A stretch of 64,000 bases of DNA, taken from NCBI GenBank assembly GCA_040751795.1, contig JBFMHR010000004.1, positions 1-64,000 of the forward strand, read 5' to 3'. Source of the DNA: Thermoplasmatota archaeon. GTDB lineage: Archaea > Thermoplasmatota > Thermoplasmata > UBA10834. Every line of letters starts with the position of its first letter. Within the stretch, counting starts at the first letter, position 1. This document shows positions 36,017 to 45,418 of this stretch, piece by piece. The notes under the pieces are model-generated. The model was not told the DNA's origin, did no database searches, and saw nothing but the letters and a program-made list of their open reading frames with translations. The translations under genes and the position numbers were made by a program.

Positions 36017-36658
36017 ATGCTGAAGCTGATAATCTTCGGCCCGCCGAGCGCGGGCAAGGGCACCCAGGCCCAGAGGCTCTCGAAGGAGTACGGTCTGCCG
36101 CAGGTCTCCACCGGGGACCTGCTCAGGGAGGCCGTGGCGAAGAAGACCCCCCTCGGAGTGAAGATCAAGTCCTACCTGGACACGGGCAAGCTCGGCCCGG
36201 ACGACCTCATAGTGCAGCTCATCAAGGAGCGCGTGTCGAAGCCGGACTGCGCGAAGGGCTACCTCCTGGACGGCTTCCCCAGGACCATGGGGCAGGCCAA
36301 GGAGCTCGACAAGATGACGGACATCGACCTCGTCCTGAACATAGTGGTGGACCACGAGTCCCTGGTCGAGCGCGCCGTGGGCCGCAGGATATGCATGAAG
36401 TGCAACTCGGTCTACAACGTCGCGTCCAACCCCCCGAAGAGGGCGGGCGTCTGCGACAAGTGCGGCTCGGAGCTCATCCAGAGGGACGACGACAAGGAGG
36501 CGACCGTCCGGAACAGGCTCAAGGTCTACCAGGAGCAGACCGCCCCGCTCATAGAGCACTTCAGGAGGAAGGGCAACATCGTCGACATCGACGGGTCGAA
36601 GGGCATCGACGGCGTCTACTCGCAGATGACGGCCGCGATAAGGAAGCTCGGCAGGTGA
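36017..36658 (+). CDS. adk: Adenylate kinase (bacterial type, zinc-binding LID)
   Basis: GPPSAGKGTQ, STGDLLR, LDGFPRT, CMKC...CDKC, QRDDD. Confidence 0.95.
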   Translation: MLKLIIFGPPSAGKGTQAQRLSKEYGLPQVSTGDLLREAVAKKTPLGVKIKSYLDTGKLGPDDLIVQLIKERVSKPDCAKGYLLDGFPRTMGQAKELDKMTDIDLVLNIVVDHESLVERAVGRRICMKCNSVYNVASNPPKRAGVCDKCGSELIQRDDDKEATVRNRLKVYQEQTAPLIEHFRRKGNIVDIDGSKGIDGVYSQMTAAIRKLGR

Positions 36659-36734
36659 CCCAGGCCCGCGGGCCCGGGCGCCGTGCTTTCTAACTTCTTA
36701 TATACAGGGAGCGGAATAGCGCCACTTACAGCGA

Positions 36735-36829
36735 AGCCCCGTAGTGTAGTGGTCAATCATGCGGGACTCTGGATTGCACATCCTGCAAGGAGAGATCCTG
36801 CGACGGAGGTTCGAATCCTCCCGGGGCTA
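36735..36829 (+). tRNA. tRNA-Gln(CTG) with 22-nt intron (36773-36794) at position 37/38
   Basis: AGCCCCG...CGGGA-CTCTGG[ATTGCACATCCTGCAAGGAGAG]A-TCCTG...GGTTCGAATCC.CCGGGGCTA; bulge-helix-bulge can form; TTATATA about 30 nt upstream. Confidence 0.92.
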
Positions 36830-36831
36830 CC

Positions 36832-37038
36832 TCACCTCTTACCGTGCGAGCCCCGGTACTCGTTCGCCCTGAAGAAGTCGAGCATCTCCGGGTCCCTCTC
36901 GAGCGTCTCCTTCCACCACGCGGCCCTTATCTTGGGGTTGAGCTTCGAGGCCGCGGCGACGTACTGCTTGAACCTGTCCTGCGCCGTGTCGACCACTCCG
37001 AAGTCGTCCAGGCGCGTCATCCCATCCCTGTCCTTCAT
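36832..37038 (-). CDS. Small hypothetical protein
   Basis: 68 aa with host-like codon usage, downstream of rnhA; stop abuts the tRNA-Gln 3' end. Confidence 0.5.
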   Translation of the reverse strand: MKDRDGMTRLDDFGVVDTAQDRFKQYVAAASKLNPKIRAAWWKETLERDPEMLDFFRANEYRGSHGKR

Positions 37039-37070
37039 GACGCTCCCGTGTCAGTAATGCGTTCGGTGAT

Positions 37071-37493
37071 TTAGAAACCTTGCCTGTCGAGTTCGGCGTT
37101 GACCAACGCGTCGACGAGCTGGATCCGCTCGTCCTCCCTCGGGAGGTTCACCAGCCTGAAGCTCCGGAACCCGGCCGCCTCGGCCCTGACCCTGTCCACG
37201 AGCGGCCTGAGGTGCTCCTTCCTCACCTGGTAGACCCCGTTCACCTGCCGCACCATGAGCTCGCTGTCCGAGTGGAACCTCACGTCCCCGCTTGTGATGG
37301 CCTTGGCCCGCTGGATCGCCCATATCAGGGCCTCATACTCCGCCTCGTTGTTGGTCCGCCTGCCCAAGGCCTTCGCACCCTTCTCGACCAGCCTGCCGTC
37401 CGGGCCGAAGATCGCGAACCCCGCCCCCGCGGGCCCAGGGTTCCCCCTCGCCGCCCCATCGGTGTACACTAGAAGTTCCGCGCGCGCCGGCAG
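37071..37493 (-). CDS. rnhA: Ribonuclease HI (probable CTG start)
   Basis: YTDGAARGNPG, TNNEAEY.A, SDSEL..RQ..G.Y, PRE; first canonical start (GTG 37469) truncates beta-strand 1. Confidence 0.9.
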   Translation of the reverse strand: MPARAELLVYTDGAARGNPGPAGAGFAIFGPDGRLVEKGAKALGRRTNNEAEYEALIWAIQRAKAITSGDVRFHSDSELMVRQVNGVYQVRKEHLRPLVDRVRAEAAGFRSFRLVNLPREDERIQLVDALVNAELDRQGF

Positions 37494-37613
37494 AGCCCAT
37501 CACCCGCTGTTCGGCGAGCGTATGGCTGGGGCGTACTAAGAACCTGCGTCCGCTCCCCCCGACCATAAATAGAAATACGCACGGCCGTTTCATTCCGTCG
37601 GGGGAGCAGGGCA

Positions 37614-40241
37614 GTGGGAAGAGCGGCCACGCCGATGATGGAGCAGTACTTCCGGATCAAGGAGCAGCACAGGGACTGCCTCCTCTTCTTCCGCCTCGGA
37701 GACTTCTACGAGATGTTCGGCGAGGACGCCGTCGTCGGCTCCAAGGAGCTGGAGATCACCCTCACCTCCAGGGACAAGGGGAAGAAGGAGAGGATCCCGC
37801 TCTGCGGCGTCCCGTGGCACGCGCTGGACTCCTACCTCCCCAAGCTCCTGAGCAAGGGCTACAAGGTCGCCATATGCGAGCAGATGCAGGACCCGAGGTA
37901 CGCGAAGGGCATAGTCGACCGGGACGTCGTCAGGATAGTGACGCCGGGCACGGTCATCGAGGGCGCGGTCCTCGACAGCAGGTCGAACAACTACCTGATG
38001 TCCATCGCACGCTCCGGGGACAGGTTCGGCCTGGCCTTCGCGGACATATCCACGGGGGAGTTCCTCACCACGGAGATAGGGCCCGACCAGCCCGGGTCCA
38101 GGGTCCTGACCGAGTTCGCCCAGAGGTCCCCGAAGGAGGTCCTGCACGCCGAGGGCCTGAGCGGCGACGGCCTGTTGGACGAGATGTCCGCGGCCGGCGC
38201 GGCGATGACCAGGCTCGACGACACGGCCTTCCTGGAGGAGGCCTCCGAGTCGCTGATCAAGCGCCACTTCGGCGTCAAGTCGCTGGAGGGGCTCGGCCTC
38301 GCGGACAAGCCCCTCGCGGTCTCCAGCGCTGGTGCCGTTCTCCGCTACCTCGAGTCCACGCAGAAGCGGAGCCTCGAGTTCCTCGGCCGTCCGCGCTACT
38401 ATTCCACATCCGACAAGCTCGTCCTCGACCAGACCACCCTGAGGAACCTCGAGGTCCTTAGGAACGTGAGGGACGGGCGGCAGGAGGGGACCCTCGTCGA
38501 GGTCCTGGACCACACCCTCACGCCCATGGGCTCCCGCCTCCTGAAGTCGTGGCTCACCGAGCCGCTGATGGACGTCGACGCCATAGACCGCCGCCTGGAC
38601 GCCGTCGGCGAGTTCGTCTCCGACACGCTCGCGAGGAACGACGTCGCCTCCTCGCTCAAGGGCGCGAGGGACCTCGAGCGCCTCATATCCAGGGTCATGT
38701 ACGGCAGCGCGAACGCGAGGGACCTGCTCGCGGTGAAGGACTCCCTCGGCTCCGTCCCGGGGGTGAGGGAGGTGCTCTCCGCCGCGCGCTCTGAGCTCCT
38801 GAAGGAGCTCGCCTCGGGCATGAGGGACGTCGGCCACGTCGCGGACCTCATAGGCAGGGCCATCGCCCCGGACCCGCCCGTGGCGCTGAAGGAGGGAGGG
38901 CTCATCAGGGAGGGGTTCGACCCGGCCCTCGACTCGCTCCGCACCCAGGCCAGGGAGGGCAGGGAGTGGATCGCGTCGCTGGAGGAGAAGGAGAGGGAGA
39001 GGACGGGCATAAAGAACCTCAGGCTGGGGTTCAACAACGTCTTCGGCTACTACATCGAGGTCACCAAGGCGAACGCGAAGCGCGTCCCCCCGGACTACGA
39101 GAGGAAGCAGACCCTGACCACGGGCGAGAGGTACGTCACCCCCGAGCTGAAGGAGAAGGAGCAGTCGATACTCGCGTCGCAGGAGCGCTCCTGCGCGATG
39201 GAGTACGAGGCCTTCCTCAAGGTGAGGGACGAGGTCGCGCGGTCCGGGGCCGACATACGGGACACGGCCCGCGCCCTCGCCGCGGCGGACGTCCTCAGAT
39301 CCTTCGCCGAGGCGGCTGTCATGTACGGCTACTCCAGGCCGAAGGTCGACGGGTCGGACACGATACTCCTGAAGGATTCGAGGCACCCGGTGGTCGAGCG
39401 GTTCCTCCGCGGTTCGTTCGTCCCCAACGACGTCCACCTGGACACGAACCTCAACAGGCTCATCATACTCACGGGCCCGAACATGGCCGGCAAGTCCACC
39501 TACCTCAGGCAGATCGCGCAGGTCGTGGTCATGGCGCAGACGGGCTCCTTCGTCCCCGCGTCGGAGGCGACCTTGGGCATCGTGGACCGCGTGTTCACCA
39601 GGGTCGGCGCCTTCGACGACCTCGCGCGGGGACAGTCGACGTTCATGGTCGAGATGACGGAGCTGGCCAACATCCTCAACAGCGCCACGAGGCGGAGCCT
39701 CATACTCCTCGACGAGGTCGGCAGGGGGACGAGCACCTTCGACGGCCTCGCGATCGCGTGGGCCGTGTCGGAGCACCTCTACGACCATGACAAGGTCGGG
39801 GCCAAGACCCTCTTCGCTACGCACTACCACCAGCTCACGGAGCTCGCCGACTCGCTGGAGGGCGTCAAGAACTTCTCCATGTCCGTGAAGGAGCAGGGCC
39901 CGGAGGTCGTGTTCCTGAGGAAGGTCGTCCCCGGCAAGGCGAACAAGAGCTACGGGATACAGGTCGCGAGGCTCGCGGGGGTCCCCAACGAGGTGATAGG
40001 CCGCGCGGAGCAGGTCCTCAGCAGGATCGAGGAGGAGAACGTCCTCGAGGTGAAGGCGGGCAGGAAGGCGCACAGCCAGTCCCTGCTGGTTCCGCCGAGG
40101 GAGGAGGTGCCGCCGTCGGTGCTGGAGGAGCTCAGGTCGGTCGACCTGGGCTCGATGACGCCCATGGAGGCGTACGTCACGCTCAACGCGCTCAAGAAGA
40201 AGGCGGGTGGAAGGTCTGGGAAGGATAAGGGTACTCGATGA
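37614..40241 (+). CDS. mutS: DNA mismatch repair protein MutS
   Basis: TPMMEQY, GDFYEMF, TGPNMAGKST, STFMVEM, DEVGRGTST, SYGI.VA. Confidence 0.98.
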   Translation: MGRAATPMMEQYFRIKEQHRDCLLFFRLGDFYEMFGEDAVVGSKELEITLTSRDKGKKERIPLCGVPWHALDSYLPKLLSKGYKVAICEQMQDPRYAKGIVDRDVVRIVTPGTVIEGAVLDSRSNNYLMSIARSGDRFGLAFADISTGEFLTTEIGPDQPGSRVLTEFAQRSPKEVLHAEGLSGDGLLDEMSAAGAAMTRLDDTAFLEEASESLIKRHFGVKSLEGLGLADKPLAVSSAGAVLRYLESTQKRSLEFLGRPRYYSTSDKLVLDQTTLRNLEVLRNVRDGRQEGTLVEVLDHTLTPMGSRLLKSWLTEPLMDVDAIDRRLDAVGEFVSDTLARNDVASSLKGARDLERLISRVMYGSANARDLLAVKDSLGSVPGVREVLSAARSELLKELASGMRDVGHVADLIGRAIAPDPPVALKEGGLIREGFDPALDSLRTQAREGREWIASLEEKERERTGIKNLRLGFNNVFGYYIEVTKANAKRVPPDYERKQTLTTGERYVTPELKEKEQSILASQERSCAMEYEAFLKVRDEVARSGADIRDTARALAAADVLRSFAEAAVMYGYSRPKVDGSDTILLKDSRHPVVERFLRGSFVPNDVHLDTNLNRLIILTGPNMAGKSTYLRQIAQVVVMAQTGSFVPASEATLGIVDRVFTRVGAFDDLARGQSTFMVEMTELANILNSATRRSLILLDEVGRGTSTFDGLAIAWAVSEHLYDHDKVGAKTLFATHYHQLTELADSLEGVKNFSMSVKEQGPEVVFLRKVVPGKANKSYGIQVARLAGVPNEVIGRAEQVLSRIEEENVLEVKAGRKAHSQSLLVPPREEVPPSVLEELRSVDLGSMTPMEAYVTLNALKKKAGGRSGKDKGTR

Positions 40242-41907
40242 CATCACCGTGAACAAGATCGCGGCGGGCGAGGTGGTGGAGAGGCCCGCGTCGATAGTCA
40301 AGGAGCTCGTGGAGAACTCACTTGACGCGGGCGCGGACTCGGTGCACGTGTCGGTCGTCGACGGGGGCAGGAGGTCGGTATCCGTCCGCGACGACGGGTG
40401 CGGGATGTCGGCCGAGGACGCGGTCACGGCCTTCGCCAGGCACGCGACGAGCAAGATCTCCTCGGTCGAGGACCTCAGGGCCCTGAGCTCATACGGCTTC
40501 CGGGGCGAGGCTCTGGCGTCCATCGCCGCGGTGTCGAAGGTCGTGCTCAGGACGAGGGAGCACGGCAGCGGCGAGGGCACCGAGGTCGAGGTGTGGGGCG
40601 GCAGGGTCGTGGCCCAGCGCCCGGTCGGCTGCCCTCCCGGGACGGAGGTCGTCGTGGAGGACCTCTTCTACAACGTGCCCGCGCGCAGGAAGTCCGTTCG
40701 GTCGAGGGCGACGGAGCTCGCCCACTGCAGGGACGTCGTCGTCGACTTCCTCCTCTGCCGTCCCGGGATGTCGTTCTCCTTCTCTTCCGACGACGAGCTG
40801 GAGCTCGTCCACTCGTCCGCAGAGGACATCGGAGGCTCCCTCTCCGCCGCCTTCGGGGACGCCGTGGCCGCGGGGATGGTCCGCGGCGAGGCCGACGGGG
40901 ACGGCGTCCGGGTCGAGGCGTTCCTCGGGAGGCTGGAGCACACCCGCTCGTCCCCCGTCGACCTCCGCCTGTTCGTGAACGACCGGCCGGTGAGGAGCCC
41001 GAGGGCGGTGTCCGCCGTGGTCAAGGGCTACGGCTCGAGGCTCATGAAGGACAGGTACCCTGTGGGCCTCGTCAGGGTGTTCGTCGACCCAGCCGCCGTG
41101 GATGTGAACGTGCACCCGACGAAGAGGGAGGTGCGCTTCGACGACGAGCACCTCGTCCTGGACGCGGTCGGGAGGTGCGTGGAGTCGGCGCTGAAGGGGC
41201 CGGACCTCACATACAGGTACGACCTCACCAAGTTCTCCCGGTCCTTCGAGCCGGAGGCGCCGGAAGCGGCCGCCGGCCACGTGGCCCGGGTGCAGTCCGT
41301 GCTGGAGGTCAAGGAGGACGAGGCCGGGGGCGAGAAGCCCCTGGTCGTGCCCCTCGCGCAGATCATGGACACGTACATACTCGCCGAGTCGCGGGGCAAC
41401 CTGCTGCTCATCGACCAGCACGCTGCCTCCGAGCGCGTGGTCTACGAGGGCGTCCTCCAGGCGATGCGGTCGGGGAGGGAGATATCCCAGCGCCTCCTGA
41501 CCCCGCTGGTGCTCAGACTCACCCCCTCCGAGGCGAAGGCCCTGGAGGAGAACAGGGAGCTCGTAGGGAGGGCGGGCTTCTCGGTGGAGCCGTTCGGCGG
41601 CGGCTCGTACGCTGTGAGGTCTATCCCGACCGTGCTCGGCGTCGCCCAGGGTGAGGGCGCGCTCAGGAACATACTCGGGGAGCTGGCCCAGATGCCGTCG
41701 CACAGGAGGCTGGGCCTCGACATCATATGGAGGGTCGCGTGCCACACAGCGATCAGGGCCGGCCAGACCCTCTCCAGCGGGCAGATGCGCCAGCTCGTCG
41801 CGGACCTGATGAGGACGGAGAGCCCCTACACGTGCGAGCACGGAAGGCCGACCGTGATAGTGCTCTCCCCCGCGGACCTCGAGAAGCTCTTCAAGAGGCG
41901 CCTGTGA
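40207..41907 (+). CDS. mutL: DNA mismatch repair endonuclease MutL
   Basis: IAAGEVVERP, ENSLDAG, GFRGEAL, DVNVHPTK, DQHAASER, ACH, CEHGRP. Confidence 0.97.
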   Translation: MEGLGRIRVLDDITVNKIAAGEVVERPASIVKELVENSLDAGADSVHVSVVDGGRRSVSVRDDGCGMSAEDAVTAFARHATSKISSVEDLRALSSYGFRGEALASIAAVSKVVLRTREHGSGEGTEVEVWGGRVVAQRPVGCPPGTEVVVEDLFYNVPARRKSVRSRATELAHCRDVVVDFLLCRPGMSFSFSSDDELELVHSSAEDIGGSLSAAFGDAVAAGMVRGEADGDGVRVEAFLGRLEHTRSSPVDLRLFVNDRPVRSPRAVSAVVKGYGSRLMKDRYPVGLVRVFVDPAAVDVNVHPTKREVRFDDEHLVLDAVGRCVESALKGPDLTYRYDLTKFSRSFEPEAPEAAAGHVARVQSVLEVKEDEAGGEKPLVVPLAQIMDTYILAESRGNLLLIDQHAASERVVYEGVLQAMRSGREISQRLLTPLVLRLTPSEAKALEENRELVGRAGFSVEPFGGGSYAVRSIPTVLGVAQGEGALRNILGELAQMPSHRRLGLDIIWRVACHTAIRAGQTLSSGQMRQLVADLMRTESPYTCEHGRPTVIVLSPADLEKLFKRRL

Positions 41908-41919
41908 GCCGCGCCGTCC

Positions 41920-43368
41920 TCAGAAGATGAGGGAGCCGTCCTTGCGCACTATGCCGTGGCGCCTGCATATCCCGCCGACCTTCCCGGCCGCCTCCGGCTC
42001 CAGGGGCTCCGGCCTGTGCTTCGACAGGATCTCCTTCACCCTGGCCTTCGCGTACCCGACCATCTCGTCCCTCGTCGGGTCAGGCTGCCCCATGGGGTGG
42101 TAGGCCGTGACCTGCGGGACCAGGAGGTCCTTCCTCATGTGCCTCAGGGTGTGGGGGTCCGAGAGGAACGTCCCTCCCGGTCCCTGCCTCCTGATGGCGT
42201 CGAGCCCGAGCCTCTCCTCGTCGACCGCGACGCCCTGCCTCAGCCTCTTGAGCCACCGCCACGCCTCGCAGTCCATCACGAGCTTCTCCGCCGACATCAT
42301 GGCCGCCCGGTCGAGGCCCCCTAGGCCCACGACCAGGTCCGACCCCGCGAGGGCGGCGGCCATCGCGGTCATCGCCGTCTGGTAGCCCGACTCGGCGTGC
42401 AGCGAGCGTGAGGCGTTCGAAGGCCCGCCCGCGCAGGAGGGCAGGCCATAGTGGTGGGCCATCTCCGTCGCGGCGCTGTCCATGAGGATGCCCTCGGGAG
42501 TCCCGCACAGGAACACCCCGGACCGGAGGTCCGTGACGCCGGAGAACGAGGAGTAGATGCACGGGGCCCCGGGGCTGGCGGCCTGGGACATCGTGATGCC
42601 GCACAGGTTCTCCGCGGCGATGATGGCCAGTGTGCCCGCGACGGTGACGGGGGACACCGACCCGGCGATGCCCATCGAGAGGTGGACCACGGGGATGCCG
42701 GCCCTCGCGAGCTCGACGAGCCCCTCCGCCTCCCCCCTGTCGTACCTGAGCGGGGAGATGGGCGTGCACACGTCGGAGAAGATCGGCCTCCTCCTCAACT
42801 CCTCCGCGGACCCGAGGACCGCGGAGCACACCTCGACCTGGAACCTCGCCTCCTCCGCGGAGGCGGCCCCGTGCTGGACGTGCTTCGATGTGTTGGCCAG
42901 GGTGGCCACGAACTCGAAGTATGATGATCTGTCAGATGGCATGTCGGTCGCCACGACCGGGGGCCACACGAAGTCCACCTCGGGCAGCGCGTCCGCGACG
43001 ACCACGAGGTCCACCAGGTCCTTCAGCGTCGAAGCCCTCTTGACGCCCCTGTCGAGGTCGAGCACCGCGGGCGGCTCCCCGTCCGTCGAGATGAGCTGCA
43101 CGCCATCCTCGGGCACCGTGTGGTCCTTCCCGCCGCGGGAGCAGATGCGGACCTTCTTCGGGGCGGTCCTGAGCGCCTCGTCGACGACGCGCTCGTCCAG
43201 CCACGCCCTCATGGCGCCCTCGTCGACCCGTGCGCCGGCCCGGGCGAGCAGCCCGAGGGCGGTCGGGCTCTCGACGATGACGCCCGTCTCGCCCAGGATC
43301 CGGAGCGCCGCCTGGTGAAGTTCCTCCCTGTCGTCCCTGGACAGCACGCTCATGCTCGCCTTGGCCAT
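41920..43368 (-). CDS. Trimethylamine methyltransferase (MttB) superfamily protein, non-pyrrolysine type
   Basis: H..AL.IL...G, SPL.Y, G..SPVT.AG.L, D.RSG, GTPE, AG...V.G.G.L, EKLV.D, GPGG.FL; no in-frame TAG. Confidence 0.88.
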   Translation of the reverse strand: MAKASMSVLSRDDREELHQAALRILGETGVIVESPTALGLLARAGARVDEGAMRAWLDERVVDEALRTAPKKVRICSRGGKDHTVPEDGVQLISTDGEPPAVLDLDRGVKRASTLKDLVDLVVVADALPEVDFVWPPVVATDMPSDRSSYFEFVATLANTSKHVQHGAASAEEARFQVEVCSAVLGSAEELRRRPIFSDVCTPISPLRYDRGEAEGLVELARAGIPVVHLSMGIAGSVSPVTVAGTLAIIAAENLCGITMSQAASPGAPCIYSSFSGVTDLRSGVFLCGTPEGILMDSAATEMAHHYGLPSCAGGPSNASRSLHAESGYQTAMTAMAAALAGSDLVVGLGGLDRAAMMSAEKLVMDCEAWRWLKRLRQGVAVDEERLGLDAIRRQGPGGTFLSDPHTLRHMRKDLLVPQVTAYHPMGQPDPTRDEMVGYAKARVKEILSKHRPEPLEPEAAGKVGGICRRHGIVRKDGSLIF

Positions 43369-43525
43369 GCTAGCTCCTCCGCGGTGGATCGGGCCCGTCC
43401 CGTCCCCACCGGGCAGGCCCGAGTACCCTGAGGCCCACCGGCTAGATTAACGCTGCGCCCCCCTGCCCTCCTGCGAAAACTATTACTCCGCATAATGTGT
43501 CAACCGCCCGTCGGAAGGTGCCCCA

Positions 43526-44254
43526 ATGGGACTCAACATGGCTATCACCGAGCTGGAGACCGAGAAGGCGCTGTGCAGGACCAAGAAGATGACGCTGGCC
43601 AAGGTCTACGTCGACGACCCGTCGAAGTGGGCGGGGCTGGTCGAGGTGGACAGGGTCGTGGACCTGAAGAAGGCCGCGGCGAAGCTGGGCAAGGAGAAGG
43701 TCGACGCCATCCTGAAGAAGGGAAGGCTGGCCCCGGAGGGCGACGAGCTGTACCTCGAGAAGGTCAAGGACCCCGAGGACCAGAAGGCCCTCGCGCCGCT
43801 CGCGGCGGAGGTCAGGACCAACTGGATCGTCCTCGAGAAGGTGCCCGCGGAGAGGAGGAAGGAGGTCATCGCGGCCGCGAACAGGCCCAACTCCGTCACG
43901 GAGTGGGACCTCGTCGAGTTCGACGACATGTACGCGACCTGCGCCAAGTGCGGCCTCTCGTGGGACAACAAGAAGGGGTGCGTGGGCAACTTCGGCCCGT
44001 CGGCGTCCCCGGTCCCCGACCTCGCGAAGAAGTACGGCCTCCCCCTGCTCGCCAAGGTCGCGGAGCTCGGCGAGAAGAAGGCCGTCCTCACCCCCAAGGA
44101 CGCCGAGGAGCTCCTCAGGGAGGTCAAGGTCATCAGGGAGAGGTCCCCGGCCGAGGGCAAGATGACCGTGCGCCGGATCGAGGGGACGCTCAACAGGCTC
44201 GAGGCGATGGCCAACTGCTCCAAGGAGTTCGGCGTGGGCTTCTACTTCTTCTGA
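43526..44254 (+). CDS. Conserved-looking hypothetical protein with CxxC-x9-C cluster
   Basis: Strong codon bias; GAAGGTG SD; CAKC.LSWD..KGC.G.FGP. Confidence 0.8.
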   Translation: MGLNMAITELETEKALCRTKKMTLAKVYVDDPSKWAGLVEVDRVVDLKKAAAKLGKEKVDAILKKGRLAPEGDELYLEKVKDPEDQKALAPLAAEVRTNWIVLEKVPAERRKEVIAAANRPNSVTEWDLVEFDDMYATCAKCGLSWDNKKGCVGNFGPSASPVPDLAKKYGLPLLAKVAELGEKKAVLTPKDAEELLREVKVIRERSPAEGKMTVRRIEGTLNRLEAMANCSKEFGVGFYFF

Positions 44255-44269
44255 GCGATTGGTGGGCCG

Positions 44270-45352
44270 ATGCTTTCCGAGGGGGACGCCGGGGCGGAGA
44301 GGGCGAGGGTCGTCCTGGTCAAGGGGCCCGAGGGCGCCCTCTCCGTCGAGCTCATGCCCCTGAGGGAGGGCGCGACCCGGGGGTTCCTAAAGCACTCCCC
44401 GAGGGGCCTGCGCCTCTCGCCGGACGGCTCCCGGAGGCTGAGCGCGGAGCTCGCGGAGGGCGTCAGGGGCAGGCTCCTGGTCACGGACGCGAGGAAGAGG
44501 CTGCTCGCGCGCTCCCTCGAGCCGCACGGGTGGTCGGTCTCCAGGGCGGTGGCGCCCCGCGTGGACAAGGAGTGCAGCCTGTGCACGACGTACGACATCC
44601 CCCTCGAGGAGAGCCTCCAGGACGACCGCGGCGAGAAGCCGGACATCAGCAACACGTCGCACATGGTGGGGGTGAGCATGGACCTGGGCGACAGGTGCGC
44701 CTTCGGGTTCTACACGGACGACGGCGAGACCGCGAGGGTGGTGTCCGAGGGGCCCAGGAAGCAGGGCATGCTGGTCGCCCAGTCGTCCGAGGACATGGCG
44801 GACGCGGCGGACTGCCTCGTCAGGTTCCTGGCGGCCGCGAGGAAGAAGTGGGCCGTCTTCTCGGTCGACATGGGCAGGTTCGTGAGGCGCTACGAGCCCA
44901 TGGTCATGCACAGGATGGTCCTCGAAGGGCCCAGGGGGTACGACCACTCCGTCAGGCCCGTGTCCAAGGAGGGCAGGAGGCCCCTGCTCCGTATGTTCTC
45001 CGAGTACTACGACGAGGGCGCCTTCCAGGCCTCCATGAGGCTGAGGGCGATGCTCGCCGACCGCTCCTTCTCCGTATTCTCGGCGGAGGGCGGCTTCGTC
45101 GTCACGAGGCTCGAGGGCGAGTCGGGCCTCATATACGACATATACGTCACCCCCGCCCGCCAGGGCGAGGGCCTCGGCGGCGAGCTCATGAGGTGCGGCC
45201 TGTCCAACCTCGCGGGGCGCGCGTCGAGCGTGTACCTGCATACTAGCTACCCGAGGGCGAAGGCCCTGTACGAGAAGTTCGGGTTCAGGTCCGTGTACTC
45301 GCAGCTCGCGGTGAGGCTCGACGAGTCGTCGTTCCTGCCCCCCTCAAGTTAG
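44270..45352 (+). CDS. GNAT family N-acetyltransferase (C-terminal GNAT domain)
   Basis: IYVTPARQGEGLG..L, A..LYEKFGF. Confidence 0.85.
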   Translation: MLSEGDAGAERARVVLVKGPEGALSVELMPLREGATRGFLKHSPRGLRLSPDGSRRLSAELAEGVRGRLLVTDARKRLLARSLEPHGWSVSRAVAPRVDKECSLCTTYDIPLEESLQDDRGEKPDISNTSHMVGVSMDLGDRCAFGFYTDDGETARVVSEGPRKQGMLVAQSSEDMADAADCLVRFLAAARKKWAVFSVDMGRFVRRYEPMVMHRMVLEGPRGYDHSVRPVSKEGRRPLLRMFSEYYDEGAFQASMRLRAMLADRSFSVFSAEGGFVVTRLEGESGLIYDIYVTPARQGEGLGGELMRCGLSNLAGRASSVYLHTSYPRAKALYEKFGFRSVYSQLAVRLDESSFLPPSS

Positions 45353-45418
45353 TTATATCACGAGAGTGATAGGCTCGGCGCACACCCGGCTCAGCGCCGG
45401 AACCAGGGGGGTACCAGC

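Noticed and set aside
41920-43368. Pyrrolysine recoding or methylotrophic methanogenesis
   Set aside because: No in-frame TAG and no pyl or mcr genes in the window; hdrBC and MttB-family genes also occur in non-methanogens
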